Shown here: one piece after another, positions 54,909-64,000 of the stretch | Layout: each line of letters opens with the position of its first letter | Numbering within the stretch: the first letter of the stretch is position 1 | DNA from: a virus | Virus record (IMG/VR): IMGVR_UViG_3300005347_000205 | Span: 1 to 64,000 of that record | Strand: one strand, 5' to 3' | DNA length: 64,000 nt | The notes under the pieces: model-generated | Told to the model about the DNA's origin: nothing | Database searches by the model: none | The model's input: only the letters and a program-made list of their open reading frames with translations | Position numbers and translations under genes: made by a program

Positions 54909-55685
54909 TCAGTAAGGTTGGCCGTCGATGTAGATCGCCGCCTTGTTGTAGGTCGTATCGGCGAGGATCTCGACCGTGCAGGGAAGCTGCTGCCATTCGT
55001 CCGATTTCAGTTCGAAGTCGCCGTTCGGCCCGAGCCGGACATAGGGCATCAGGAAGTCGTTATTCTGACCGCTGGGGTTATCGGCCAGGAACCGCAGTGC
55101 CCCTTCGACCTGGGTGGTGCCGGAGATGACCTGTTTGCGGTTCACGGCCGCACGGTCGTAGGTGACGTTGATCGTCGCACCATCGGCTATCGTGCCGCTC
55201 TCGACGATGAAGATGATGCCACGCGCTGCGTCGACCGTGTAATCGGTGCCGAGCGTCTTCGGGCTGCCGGAAACCTGAACCGTGACGTTGCTGATCGAGC
55301 GAACGCCGGTTTGATTGTTGGTCGTGACGCCGAGCTGATAGGCGAACCCTTTGGTCACGCTCGCGAAAGCTTCCGCCTGCGAGGTCGCCGAGGTCTGGGC
55401 AACAGTGGACTGGGTACCGAAGAAGAACAGCGCCAGGTTGGCATTGTTGATATCGTCCATGGTGACGTTGCCGGAATAGTCGGTCTGCAGAATGACCGTC
55501 TTGTCCTTCACCCGCACGCCGGACTCGGAGGAGAAGTGATCGAGCTTTTCCTGCGAGATGGTGAGGTTGAAGCTGGGCGTGTTTCCGATGTAGCGGAATC
55601 CCGAGGGCGTGTGCGTGCCCGAGTTGAACAGCGAGAAATACACCTTCCCGCGGCCGAGGGTCTGATTGCCAAGTTCAAGCGCCAT
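54909..55685 (-). CDS. Major tail tube protein
   Basis: LGRGKVYF...RYIGN.P.F; upstream of the chaperones. Confidence 0.88.
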   Translation of the reverse strand: MALELGNQTLGRGKVYFSLFNSGTHTPSGFRYIGNTPSFNLTISQEKLDHFSSESGVRVKDKTVILQTDYSGNVTMDDINNANLALFFFGTQSTVAQTSATSQAEAFASVTKGFAYQLGVTTNNQTGVRSISNVTVQVSGSPKTLGTDYTVDAARGIIFIVESGTIADGATINVTYDRAAVNRKQVISGTTQVEGALRFLADNPSGQNNDFLMPYVRLGPNGDFELKSDEWQQLPCTVEILADTTYNKAAIYIDGQPY

Positions 55686-55740
55686 TTTATTTCAACCTCC
55701 AGATTGAATTTCACTCCTATAGTGAAATTATGGGTAAATG

Positions 55741-56283
55741 TCACGCGTCGGGTGCAAGCGGATCATCGTAAATGGTCGGGACCACACTCAACCAGAAATA
55801 AGCTCGCGCCGATATGTCATCTGCCGGCCGCACCGAACCAGTGCCGATCCGCAACGCGGTGACCCGGCAGCCGCCGCGGCCGAGACCCAGAATGTCGCTG
55901 TCATGCTCGGCCGTCTTGCGTTTGACCTCGATCGCAAGACGGCGCTTTACGTCGCGCAGCAGGAAATATGCCGGATCAGTCGGGTGCTGGGGATCGTCCT
56001 TCACAAAACCTTGCACTATCAACGGCCACTCATATTCCGATCTTGGGGTTTGCTGCGGTGGCTCGGACAGTTCGTCACCGGGAGCCGTACCTTCGAGCAC
56101 ACTCGTCATCGGCAGGGGACTTTCCTCTCCGAACCACAGGCGACCGCGGTAAACGCGGGCGGTCATGACGCCGTCGCCGGGGACGAAGTCGCTCAGGTCG
56201 CTCACATAGCCGTTCGCCGGAGTGATGCTTTTCAGTGCATCAGTGATTGCGGACAGGACGCGCAGTTTGAACGGGTCACTCAC
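55741..56283 (-). CDS. Tail terminator-like protein
   Basis: L..ITPANGY..DL, VYRGR; gene order. Confidence 0.75.
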   Translation of the reverse strand: MSDPFKLRVLSAITDALKSITPANGYVSDLSDFVPGDGVMTARVYRGRLWFGEESPLPMTSVLEGTAPGDELSEPPQQTPRSEYEWPLIVQGFVKDDPQHPTDPAYFLLRDVKRRLAIEVKRKTAEHDSDILGLGRGGCRVTALRIGTGSVRPADDISARAYFWLSVVPTIYDDPLAPDA

Positions 56284-56906
56284 AGGTCGAGCTCCAACAG
56301 TCTGGAAAATTCACGAGAGAGGTAGTCGCCGGTGTCGCCGCTGATGTCCCCCGCAACGCCGGCGAAAACCTGGTCGATCGACGGACCGAACAAAAGATAT
56401 GGCCCTCCCCTGCCCATCTGGACCATGCGCAGCTTGTTCGCGATGCGCTCACCAGCCTTCAGGCGGATAGCGAGACCGAGGTTCGATTTGGTCTCGACAT
56501 TGCCGCTGCCGGCAGGCAACCGGATCAAGAAGGCGCGGCGCATGAATTTTGCGAAACCCGGCGCGACCTCGACTCTGACGCCGTTACGGCCACCGACGCT
56601 GCCACTGGTCGCGAAGCGTGCCAGCATGGTCGGACGCTGGCGACCGGTGATTACACCTTCGAGGTCCCCGCCCCGCGCCTTCTTGGTGATGCCGAGCCGC
56701 TGGCGGCCGGAGGAATCCTTGCCGGTGAGATAGGAAGCCGGGAAGGCAACCTGGTCGCGGACCAACCGGCGCGACCGGGCGGTTGCCCAGTCGAGCGTTC
56801 CATTGACGGCGCGCAAGGCAGCACGTTCGACCGAGCGCGGTATTTCATCCAGGCCGCGGAGATCCGACAAACCCTCGACCGCCACTATGTAGGGATCGTT
56901 ATTCAT
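56280..56906 (-). CDS. Tail completion / neck protein (lambda Z-like)
   Basis: Basic protein, LFGPSIDQVF; gene order. Confidence 0.7.
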   Translation of the reverse strand: MNNDPYIVAVEGLSDLRGLDEIPRSVERAALRAVNGTLDWATARSRRLVRDQVAFPASYLTGKDSSGRQRLGITKKARGGDLEGVITGRQRPTMLARFATSGSVGGRNGVRVEVAPGFAKFMRRAFLIRLPAGSGNVETKSNLGLAIRLKAGERIANKLRMVQMGRGGPYLLFGPSIDQVFAGVAGDISGDTGDYLSREFSRLLELDL

Positions 56907-57282
56907 CGGCGACCGGCAGGCCGTCGGCCTCGGTTGCCGTCAAGGGTATGACGCGCGCGCTCTGAAACTCGTCGTCAGCCGGATAAACGTGATCAATGCG
57001 GTACGCCTCGCCCGCGGCCACTGATACGATCGCGTTGCGGCGCAGATCGGCGGCAAAGTCTGGACGGTAAAAGCGAATGCGGTCCTCGGGCTCAACGCTT
57101 TCGGCGGAGCCCTGATAGCTGGCAAGTTGTCCGCCCATGACAGGCTGCCCCTTGTGCCATATCCGCACGGTGCATGGCACCGGAGTCACAGCGAGCGCTG
57201 GGATATAAAGCGCCGGGACGCACATCTCGCGATGTAGGTCCCGGCGCGCACGCCGCTTCTGTTCCCGGAAGCGGTTCATCAA
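56899..57282 (-). CDS. Head-tail joining protein
   Basis: Gene order and size. Confidence 0.7.
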   Translation of the reverse strand: MMNRFREQKRRARRDLHREMCVPALYIPALAVTPVPCTVRIWHKGQPVMGGQLASYQGSAESVEPEDRIRFYRPDFAADLRRNAIVSVAAGEAYRIDHVYPADDEFQSARVIPLTATEADGLPVADE

Positions 57283-57585
57283 TCAGTTGAGCGGATCATC
57301 GCTGGGGGTTGGTCCCGGCTCATCGTCATCGTCATCGGGGTCGATGCCCAGCTTGAACAGGCGTGCCTCGGTCTTCGACAGTTCGACCGCCGCGCCGCAG
57401 TCGACAAGGAAGCGACGCTCATCTTCGGTAATCGGCGTGAAAACCGAGTCCGGAGGCGCGGTCTGGTCGTTGCCATAAACGATCATGTGCACTGCCTTGA
57501 GCGGCTTGACGCCGGCCTGCTGTTCCACCTCAATCCGGGGCTCGTCCTTCTTGAAGACGGGCTCTTCCTTAACCTTGCGAGTCAT
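57283..57585 (-). CDS. Hypothetical protein after the capsid gene
   Basis: AAGGTG RBS; acidic tail ending DDPLN. Confidence 0.7.
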   Translation of the reverse strand: MTRKVKEEPVFKKDEPRIEVEQQAGVKPLKAVHMIVYGNDQTAPPDSVFTPITEDERRFLVDCGAAVELSKTEARLFKLGIDPDDDDDEPGPTPSDDPLN

Positions 57586-57642
57586 ATATTCACCTTATTG
57601 TTGAAACCACGGGCACGGTCCGCCCGTGTTTCCGGGTTCGGT

Positions 57643-58758
57643 TTAGGCGACCGTTGCCTTGAGCGTTGCGTTCGGGTTGATCGGGACGAACAGCGGTGCA
57701 GATTCGATCGAGATATTCTCGACCTTCGTGCGGGTGCCCGTCTCGAAATTCTTGGGGAACATCGGGATCGCCTCGTAACCGGCATCCTTGTCGACGATCA
57801 TGCCGAAGCAGGAGTAACCCTGGATCGCATCGACGGTCGACGTGAAGATCACGTCGCTGGTGCCAATATAACGCGTCTTGGTCAGAGCGCCCGTGGTCGT
57901 GTTCTTCACGTCATAGGTCTCGTCGTTCTGCCAGAGCTCGATCGAGGCGCCGGAAGCTCCGCCGATCTGCATTTCGCCGAACTTGAAACGCTTGCCGTTG
58001 CCGCGGGCCCCCGGTCCCGTGACCGGTCCACGATCGACGGTGATCACGGCGCCACGGATGTTGACATCCATGTGCTCCAAGATCTCGGCATCCTTGCGCA
58101 GGATCTTCGCCGCATTACCGCCCATCTCCGCACGCACCGGCATGCCGCCGAAGTCAGCGTTGGTCATGGTGTCGATCACGAGCTGGAAGAAGTCGAAGAT
58201 CGAGACGCCCGAGTCACCCCAGCGGTTGCCCGAAGTCAGGGTGATCGTATTGCCGGCGTCGCGCTGGAAGTCGACCGTGACCGACTGGCCATCGACATAG
58301 TTGAGCGTCACTGCACCGTCGGAGATGGCGCGACACCGCATCCACTCCCAACGGCGACGCATGGCGTCCTGAAACTCGGCGACCATTGCGGCCTTAATCA
58401 GCTGAAGGCGCTGCATCGGGCTGAGCTTGTTCATCTCGGGATGAAGCATGGACGCGTCCATGCCGGGCTGCATCGTCAGCGGACGGAGAGGATCGACCGC
58501 ATCCTCGACCACTGAGTTGGCCGGCTTGAAGCGGTAACCTTTCACCTTGTCGGTGAAAACGCCATGACCGCGGCCACCGGGCTTCACCAGCGGCGCGAGC
58601 TGACGGCTGCGGACAGGCAGCTTCTCGAAGTCGATCCACTCATCAGTGGAGAGGAAGACGTTCGGGAAATAGTCAGCGAACGCCCAGTCTTCGGGGCGGG
58701 TGTCGCGGAAGACACCGAGGAGCTTGCGGGTCGTCCACAGCTCATAGGGATTTGCCAT
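57643..58758 (-). CDS. Major capsid protein (lambda E family)
   Basis: LAPLVKP..G, RR.EWM, VDFQRDA, ESAPL.VP..PNA. Confidence 0.92.
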   Translation of the reverse strand: MANPYELWTTRKLLGVFRDTRPEDWAFADYFPNVFLSTDEWIDFEKLPVRSRQLAPLVKPGGRGHGVFTDKVKGYRFKPANSVVEDAVDPLRPLTMQPGMDASMLHPEMNKLSPMQRLQLIKAAMVAEFQDAMRRRWEWMRCRAISDGAVTLNYVDGQSVTVDFQRDAGNTITLTSGNRWGDSGVSIFDFFQLVIDTMTNADFGGMPVRAEMGGNAAKILRKDAEILEHMDVNIRGAVITVDRGPVTGPGARGNGKRFKFGEMQIGGASGASIELWQNDETYDVKNTTTGALTKTRYIGTSDVIFTSTVDAIQGYSCFGMIVDKDAGYEAIPMFPKNFETGTRTKVENISIESAPLFVPINPNATLKATVA

Positions 58759-58791
58759 TTCAGAAGTTCCTTATGTCGGAGCGGTGGAAGG

Positions 58792-59265
58792 TCAGCCGGC
58801 AACCAGGCGACGGCGGAAGAGCAGATCAGGATTGCCCTGGTAGACAGGCAGTCCGGCCCAGGTGGTCTTCTTCGCAATGGTGTCGAAGGAGGTATCCCAG
58901 ACCAGCGGGCTGTCGGTACCGGCGTCGTCGGAGCCAACGTTGAAGTTGCCTGCCATCCAGACTTCGCCGAAGACGGTGGTGTTGGATGTGCTCGACGTAG
59001 CAGCGTGGACGAGGACGCCCACTGGGATGACACCGCTCGACACGGTCGCATTGTAGACCGCCTTCACCAACTTCTTGTTGGCGTCCAGGCCGACGACGGT
59101 AAACGCCGCCAGTGTCTGAGAGTCCGCCAGCAGCAGGCGGATCGAGCGACCGATCGCCGGCTCGGCGCCGGCAACGAGGTTCGCGTCGATGAACGTGTCC
59201 ATCACCTCGAAGGCAGCAACGCCGCGGACCGACGCATTTTGATAGGAAACGGGAATATTCGCCAT
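58792..59265 (-). CDS. Head decoration protein (lambda D-like)
   Basis: Between protease and capsid; G.FN...LVW. Confidence 0.8.
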   Translation of the reverse strand: MANIPVSYQNASVRGVAAFEVMDTFIDANLVAGAEPAIGRSIRLLLADSQTLAAFTVVGLDANKKLVKAVYNATVSSGVIPVGVLVHAATSSTSNTTVFGEVWMAGNFNVGSDDAGTDSPLVWDTSFDTIAKKTTWAGLPVYQGNPDLLFRRRLVAG

Positions 59266-59277
59266 GGGACTGTCTCC

Positions 59278-60651
59278 TTACTTGGCAGTCAGGGCGGCGA
59301 AGCCCTTGATGCCTACCCGAGCAGCGAGAGCAACAACTTCACTGCCGTCGTCCTCGTCATCGCCATCACCCTCGCCGGTCGTGGTGGCACCGACGTTCGG
59401 CTGCGCGCCGTTGTCCATTGCCTCGGCGAAACTGGTTGGCTGCTGCTTGCCCTGCGGCTTTTCGGACGCCGGGGCTTGTGCGGCAGGCGCGGCGGCGAGA
59501 GCTGCAATCGCATCCTCGGCGCTCTGACCGGTCTTGAAAGCGAAGTGCTGCGCAAGCGAATCGCGACCCTTGGCCTCCTCGGAACCGAGGATCGCACCGA
59601 TGCGCGTCCGTTCGGCGGTGGCACCTTCGGTCAGACCCTCGGTCCGGCCGGCGGTGTGACCCGCGACGCGACCTTCTTCGCGCGCGGCATCGACGGCGGC
59701 CTGATCGACCGCCGACGTATTGGCAGGCTCTGCCATATTCTCGTCTCCATTGTTGTCGGACTGGTCGTCCAGGAAGCCCGCGAACGCGGACATGGCGTCT
59801 TCCAGGCTGCCGATCGTGTCGGCGAGCCCATTGGACACGGCTTGGGTGGCGGTGTAGCAATATGCCTTCAAGTCGCTTCGGATTACCTCTTCCGAGAGAC
59901 TGCGGCTCTGCGACACGGCGGCCACGAAAATAGAATAGAGTTCATCGACGCGCGCCTGGATGCGCGCCTTCGCTTCAGGCGACAGGGCCTCGTAAGGGTT
60001 GCCCTCGACCTTGGAGGCGTCGCTGGCGATGAAGGTGATCTGGAGCCCAAGCCGGTCCATCATGCCAGCGGCGTTCATGTGGCTCGTCACCACGCCGATC
60101 GAGCCGACGCCGCCGGTGCGGCTAACGTGAACCTGCCCCGGATCGGCAACGGTTATGATCGCGTACCCGGCAGAATAGGCGGACTCATGCGCGAAGCCCG
60201 CAACGGGAACGCCAGTTTCCTCCTTGAGCGCTACCATCTTGTCGCGCGCGTCGAAGCAGCCTGCGACCATGCCGCCTGGCGTGTCGCAGATTAAGGCGAT
60301 CCCCCTGATCTGGCCGATAGCAAAATCGGCGCAACCGCGCTTAAATGCCTGCCAGATATATTCGTATCCGGTCGCCCAGTCGAACAGGGCGTAGGGGAAG
60401 TTGTGCAGCAGTACACCCTTGACCGGGATATGGAGAATTCCGTCCTTGACCACATACGGTCGCAACTGATGCGCCCAGCTCCCCGAATCCTCGGTCGGCC
60501 AGAATTGATCGCTGCTGCCAGCGGCTGCCTGCGCCTCCGCGAGCATGGGATGCGCCGCGGCCTGGGCAAGACACATCTCGAACCGCTCGCGCAGCGTCGG
60601 TTCGACCAGGGCTGGTCCGCCTGCAAACTGTGCGATCAGCGGATTGCTCAC
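59278..60651 (-). CDS. S49 prohead protease / scaffold
   Basis: DTPGG.V.G, AYSAGY, VGSIGV; scaffold tail AERTRIGAIL. Confidence 0.92.
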   Translation of the reverse strand: MSNPLIAQFAGGPALVEPTLRERFEMCLAQAAAHPMLAEAQAAAGSSDQFWPTEDSGSWAHQLRPYVVKDGILHIPVKGVLLHNFPYALFDWATGYEYIWQAFKRGCADFAIGQIRGIALICDTPGGMVAGCFDARDKMVALKEETGVPVAGFAHESAYSAGYAIITVADPGQVHVSRTGGVGSIGVVTSHMNAAGMMDRLGLQITFIASDASKVEGNPYEALSPEAKARIQARVDELYSIFVAAVSQSRSLSEEVIRSDLKAYCYTATQAVSNGLADTIGSLEDAMSAFAGFLDDQSDNNGDENMAEPANTSAVDQAAVDAAREEGRVAGHTAGRTEGLTEGATAERTRIGAILGSEEAKGRDSLAQHFAFKTGQSAEDAIAALAAAPAAQAPASEKPQGKQQPTSFAEAMDNGAQPNVGATTTGEGDGDDEDDGSEVVALAARVGIKGFAALTAK

Positions 60652-62354
60652 TTGTCACCTCCGTCCGGCGTGGTCGCATCGGCGATAGCCTTGAGCGCGC
60701 TGGGATCTGTCGCCGAGAAGGTCAGGCCGAGTTCCTCGCGCTTCTTTTTCTCGCGGGCGAGCTGACGATAGACTTTGCGCCAGTCCTTACCGAGACGTGC
60801 GAGTTCATCTTCGGCGGTAGACAGGCCACTTTCGATGCGCAGGACGGCCGCCTGGGTTTCTTTGAGTTCGTCGATCTGGCCGCGCGAGGCGCCGATCCAC
60901 TCGCAGCGCGACAGCGCATCGAACGCGAGGCTGAGGCGACCGCCGAAATAGATAAGACCGGCAGCCTTGCGCGCGGGGAGCGATGTGATCTCGTTCTTGT
61001 TGATCGCCTCTTCGAGCCACAGCCTGAAACAGATCGTGGCGAAGCGATCGGCGATCAGCTTCTTGCGCGCCTGCATGAACTTCCAGGTCTCGGTCATCGC
61101 GGCGCGCGCGGAGCTGTAATTGGTGTGGGTATAGTCCCTGCTGAGCTGCTCGTAGCTGACGCCCATCGTCGCCGCGATGTAGCGAAGTAGGGATTGCTCG
61201 AATTCGGTGCCTAGCGGACCGGTGTTCGCGGCAGACTGTAATTCCAGCTTCTCGCCGGGGAACAGGCGCGGTATACGCACGCCATCAATCGCGATACCCT
61301 TGTTGCCGACATATTTTCCGACCGAGCTCAGATACCCCTCGGCATAATTGGTGATCGCCGCAGCGGCAGCCTCTGCCGAATCACCGGCGCCCATGCGGGT
61401 CATGATGTCGGCCATGGGGAGGTCTGAGGTGATCGCGGCAGCATAAATCGCCTGCGAAACAGCGTGCTGGACGGTGATGTCGCGCCACGTATGCGTGATC
61501 TTCATCGCCTTGAGCGCGGCGGCCATCTGGGTGATGCCGCGCGACTGGTCGGGACGGGTCTGCTCGAACAGGTGAATGACCTGGAGCCGCCCCCATGGCT
61601 TGCGCTTGGGGATCGGCTTCCAGGTCGGAAGGTCGAAACTCAACGGGCCGATATCGTTCGGATGTGCCGATCGGATGAAATAAGTTTGCGGGGCACCGCG
61701 GAAATTATACTGAATACCGGCACGCTGGTTCGGAAGCTGTTGAAACGGCAGGATGCGATCCTCGGGATCGGACAGTCGGTCGAGATCAACCATCTGGACC
61801 GAGGTGCTGAATGGTGCTCCGTCGTCCTTTATCCACTCGACCGCGGCGAGCACCTCTCCCGCCATGAGATCGATGCCGACGGCCATGCGGACCAGCGAGG
61901 TTAGATTGTTGGTGCGCGACGCGTCGATCCAGTTGTCGGCAGAGTCAGCGTATAGTTCCCACTTCTCCTCGACCTCCTCCTGGAACTCCTCCTCCCAGGC
62001 ATCATCCTGCTTGCCACGCACGATACGGCTAGAAGGCCGGCAATTGAGCAGGAAGTGTGAGCCGACGATGTTGTCCTTGTGCAGGTTTGACCCGCCCTGG
62101 ACGAACGCATCATTGCGGAGCATCCCGCGCGAGCGCGCATCGATGATCGGCTTTTCGGGCAGAATGTCGGCGTCGACCGACTGGAGCGGCTCGGACCAGA
62201 GAGCGATGCTGCTGTTCAGCTTGTCCGCCCCCTCGAAGGGACCCATGGCGCGTTCGCCCCCGGCACCGGCGGGGACCGTCACCGTCGCCGGGGGCTCTGC
62301 AGGCGTGGACAGGGGATGACCCACGCCCAGCATTTCCTCGAATGTCGCGCTCAC
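60648..62354 (-). CDS. Portal protein, lambda family
   Basis: R.MLRND, RPDQSRG, GVSYEQLSRDY..NYSSAR, IDELKE. Confidence 0.95.
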   Translation of the reverse strand: MSATFEEMLGVGHPLSTPAEPPATVTVPAGAGGERAMGPFEGADKLNSSIALWSEPLQSVDADILPEKPIIDARSRGMLRNDAFVQGGSNLHKDNIVGSHFLLNCRPSSRIVRGKQDDAWEEEFQEEVEEKWELYADSADNWIDASRTNNLTSLVRMAVGIDLMAGEVLAAVEWIKDDGAPFSTSVQMVDLDRLSDPEDRILPFQQLPNQRAGIQYNFRGAPQTYFIRSAHPNDIGPLSFDLPTWKPIPKRKPWGRLQVIHLFEQTRPDQSRGITQMAAALKAMKITHTWRDITVQHAVSQAIYAAAITSDLPMADIMTRMGAGDSAEAAAAAITNYAEGYLSSVGKYVGNKGIAIDGVRIPRLFPGEKLELQSAANTGPLGTEFEQSLLRYIAATMGVSYEQLSRDYTHTNYSSARAAMTETWKFMQARKKLIADRFATICFRLWLEEAINKNEITSLPARKAAGLIYFGGRLSLAFDALSRCEWIGASRGQIDELKETQAAVLRIESGLSTAEDELARLGKDWRKVYRQLAREKKKREELGLTFSATDPSALKAIADATTPDGGDK

Positions 62355-62563
62355 AGGAAGAACGGCCTCATCGGGCCGGAGCAGATCGGAGCCTCGGCAA
62401 TCCGGAGTTCGAGATCCGCGATATAGGACGCCAGCGCCTGACGGTTGGCGCTGCTGTAGCGAACACGCTCACCATTACCGTCGACAAGCTCGACCACGGC
62501 TTTCCCGATAACCAGATCGTGATAAGCCGACTTAGCTTCGTCGAGCTGCTGCTGAAGGGTCAT
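62351..62563 (-). CDS. gpW-like head-tail joining protein
   Basis: L.EA..AYHDL..G......NGERVRY..AN...L..YI.DLE. Confidence 0.9.
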   Translation of the reverse strand: MTLQQQLDEAKSAYHDLVIGKAVVELVDGNGERVRYSSANRQALASYIADLELRIAEAPICSGPMRPFFL

Positions 62564-62702
62564 GCAGCCCGTATCGCACGTTTATAGTGAAATTACAACT
62601 TGTCGTTGAATGTTGACAAGTTTCCATTTATTCGTTGCACGACGACTCGACTATGTCTCGTGACAGAGGCGTCGTGCCGGGGCCTGCGGGGTGGCGGGAG
62701 GG

Positions 62703-63842
62703 TTAGGGGGCCGCAACAACCTTTACCGGCCTTTCTGCGCCAAGCATCCGCATCCGCAGCCAGTCCCGTGCCCTCTTTTCGATCAGATCGAACGAAGCAT
62801 ATCCGAACAGGCACATGGCGATCAGATAGGCGATGAAGAAACCGTTCGTCAGCACGATATCAACCGACCAAAGCCCCGCCGCAGCGCCGGCCAGGAACAG
62901 CATCTGCAATGGGCTATGCCATAGATAAGTTGAATAAGTCAGATCGCCCACGGCGCGGAAACGCTTATAGGCCAGTCCAATCCGCTCAGACAGCGCGAGC
63001 GCGAGCAACACCGGCGCGAACAATCCGAGCAGGGTGAAGGTCAGCGGCAGCTTGGCGAGCATCCCCATGGCGAACGCCCCCGCCCAGGCCACAAGGCTGA
63101 TCAGGCTCGCAATCAGCGCCCATCGGTAGCGTGGCGCCGGGATCATCGAGAACGCCGCGTAGAGGGTTGCCCCAGCGAAGAAGTAGGCGCCGCAAAGGAT
63201 AACGCTGATTCGGAAGACCATAAACAGCGCGAGGAACGCCAGCGCCAGCAATCCCGAGCTAAGCAGGCTCGAAAAACCGGCCCGGATGTAGAGCCAGAAC
63301 AGGACATAGATCAGGATTTCCGCCGACACCGACCAGATCGGCCCGTTGAAGCTGTTTCCTTCCGACAGGCCCCATTCCGACGCCATGAAAAGGTTCAGGA
63401 CGAAGTGCCAGGCATCGTTGATCTGATAGATCAGATAGTGCCCGAACGCGCCCATGCTGGCCCATTGGATCGCCGCGACGAGCAGCAGCGTCAGGAAGTG
63501 TAGCGGATAGAGACGGGCGAAGCGGATGGCGAAAAACTCCCATCCGGTGACGGACTTTCCGGCATAGACGTGCATGAACACAAAACCGCTGATCATCCAG
63601 AACATCATGACCGCAAGCGCGCCGTGCGTGCGGATGTAGCCGAGCGACCAGTAGAGAGACACCTCGCTCAACCGCTCCGGTGGCAGGCTGATAGTGCCGT
63701 TGCCCATCGTGAAATGGCCGTAGTGGAAGACGAGGATCGCGATGGCTGACAGGCCGCGCAGCATGTCGATCGAGTGGAAGATTCCGCCCGTGCCGACGAT
63801 TGGGTGTGTCAGCGCCGTGCTGATATTGGACAATATCCCCAT
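62703..63842 (-). CDS. Acyltransferase-3 (OafA-like O-acetyltransferase)
   Basis: DMLRG..A..VFH, FWMISGF, RFARLYP, WSVSAE..YV, YSTYLWH, IEK; multi-TM. Confidence 0.92.
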   Translation of the reverse strand: MGILSNISTALTHPIVGTGGIFHSIDMLRGLSAIAILVFHYGHFTMGNGTISLPPERLSEVSLYWSLGYIRTHGALAVMMFWMISGFVFMHVYAGKSVTGWEFFAIRFARLYPLHFLTLLLVAAIQWASMGAFGHYLIYQINDAWHFVLNLFMASEWGLSEGNSFNGPIWSVSAEILIYVLFWLYIRAGFSSLLSSGLLALAFLALFMVFRISVILCGAYFFAGATLYAAFSMIPAPRYRWALIASLISLVAWAGAFAMGMLAKLPLTFTLLGLFAPVLLALALSERIGLAYKRFRAVGDLTYSTYLWHSPLQMLFLAGAAAGLWSVDIVLTNGFFIAYLIAMCLFGYASFDLIEKRARDWLRMRMLGAERPVKVVAAP

Positions 63843-63897
63843 GAGTCGCGCATAACCGGAGCTTCCCGTTTTCGCCAGATGGGTATATCGTCTCGGC

Positions 63898-64000
63898 ATG
63901 GAGCAGAATATCCTAATCCTGGCTGGCGCCTTCATCCTGATTTTTACGGCAAGGAGCTGGATCGCCGTCAGCAAGATACCGCATGGGACATGCAACCGCT
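63898..64000 (+). CDS. Possible membrane protein, truncated by the window edge
   Basis: ATG then MEQNILILAGAFILIF..., open to the end of the window. Confidence 0.35.
   Translation, partial: MEQNILILAGAFILIFTARSWIAVSKIPHGTCNR

Larger units (their letters stand above)
77..64000. mobile_element. Prophage, Chi-like siphovirus organisation; right end lies outside the window
   Basis: Continuous phage replication, lysis, tail and lambda-type head genes; att-like junction at the left edge. Confidence 0.93.

Noticed and set aside
58564-60294. Long antisense ORFs (also 8323-9552, 4507-5379, 54873-55862, 57487-58515)
   Set aside because: Shadow frames opposite well-supported genes in GC-rich DNA; no motifs

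Overview
Almost the whole window is one temperate siphovirus prophage with Chi-like (Casjensviridae-like) gene order. The host is probably an alphaproteobacterium, inferred from GapR, EcfG-like and CtrA-like genes. The left junction is at about 77-94: a duplicated tRNA 3' end, an IHF-consensus site and arm-type repeats. The other end, the integrase and the terminase are not in the window. Left to right: (1) a lipoprotein, an orphan tailspike and an XRE repressor; (2) a leftward replication operon (VRR-NUC, SF2 helicase, family-B DNA polymerase, GIY-YIG, SSB, Cas4-like nuclease) interrupted by a ParB-like / ECF sigma / CtrA-like regulator cassette; (3) primase-helicase, HNH, TGTCAC repeats and a Chi-like cos candidate at 17254-17265; (4) a rightward early region with ArdA, many small ORFs, a second orphan fibre, nucleotide-metabolism genes (MazG-like, NDT, ThyX, dNMP kinase, NrdJ), GapR and an MT-A70 methylase; (5) leftward lysis, tail and lambda-type head genes; (6) an acyltransferase-3 moron. 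The most unusual signals are a 17-bp palindromic element in about 19 intergenic gaps, a shared F-x-x-[ML]-L-G peptide on unrelated proteins, a 138-nt tRNA-like fold hidden in a CDS tail, GANTC-rich repeats at a likely promoter, and phage copies of host master regulators. All calls come from reading motifs by eye; no searches were run.
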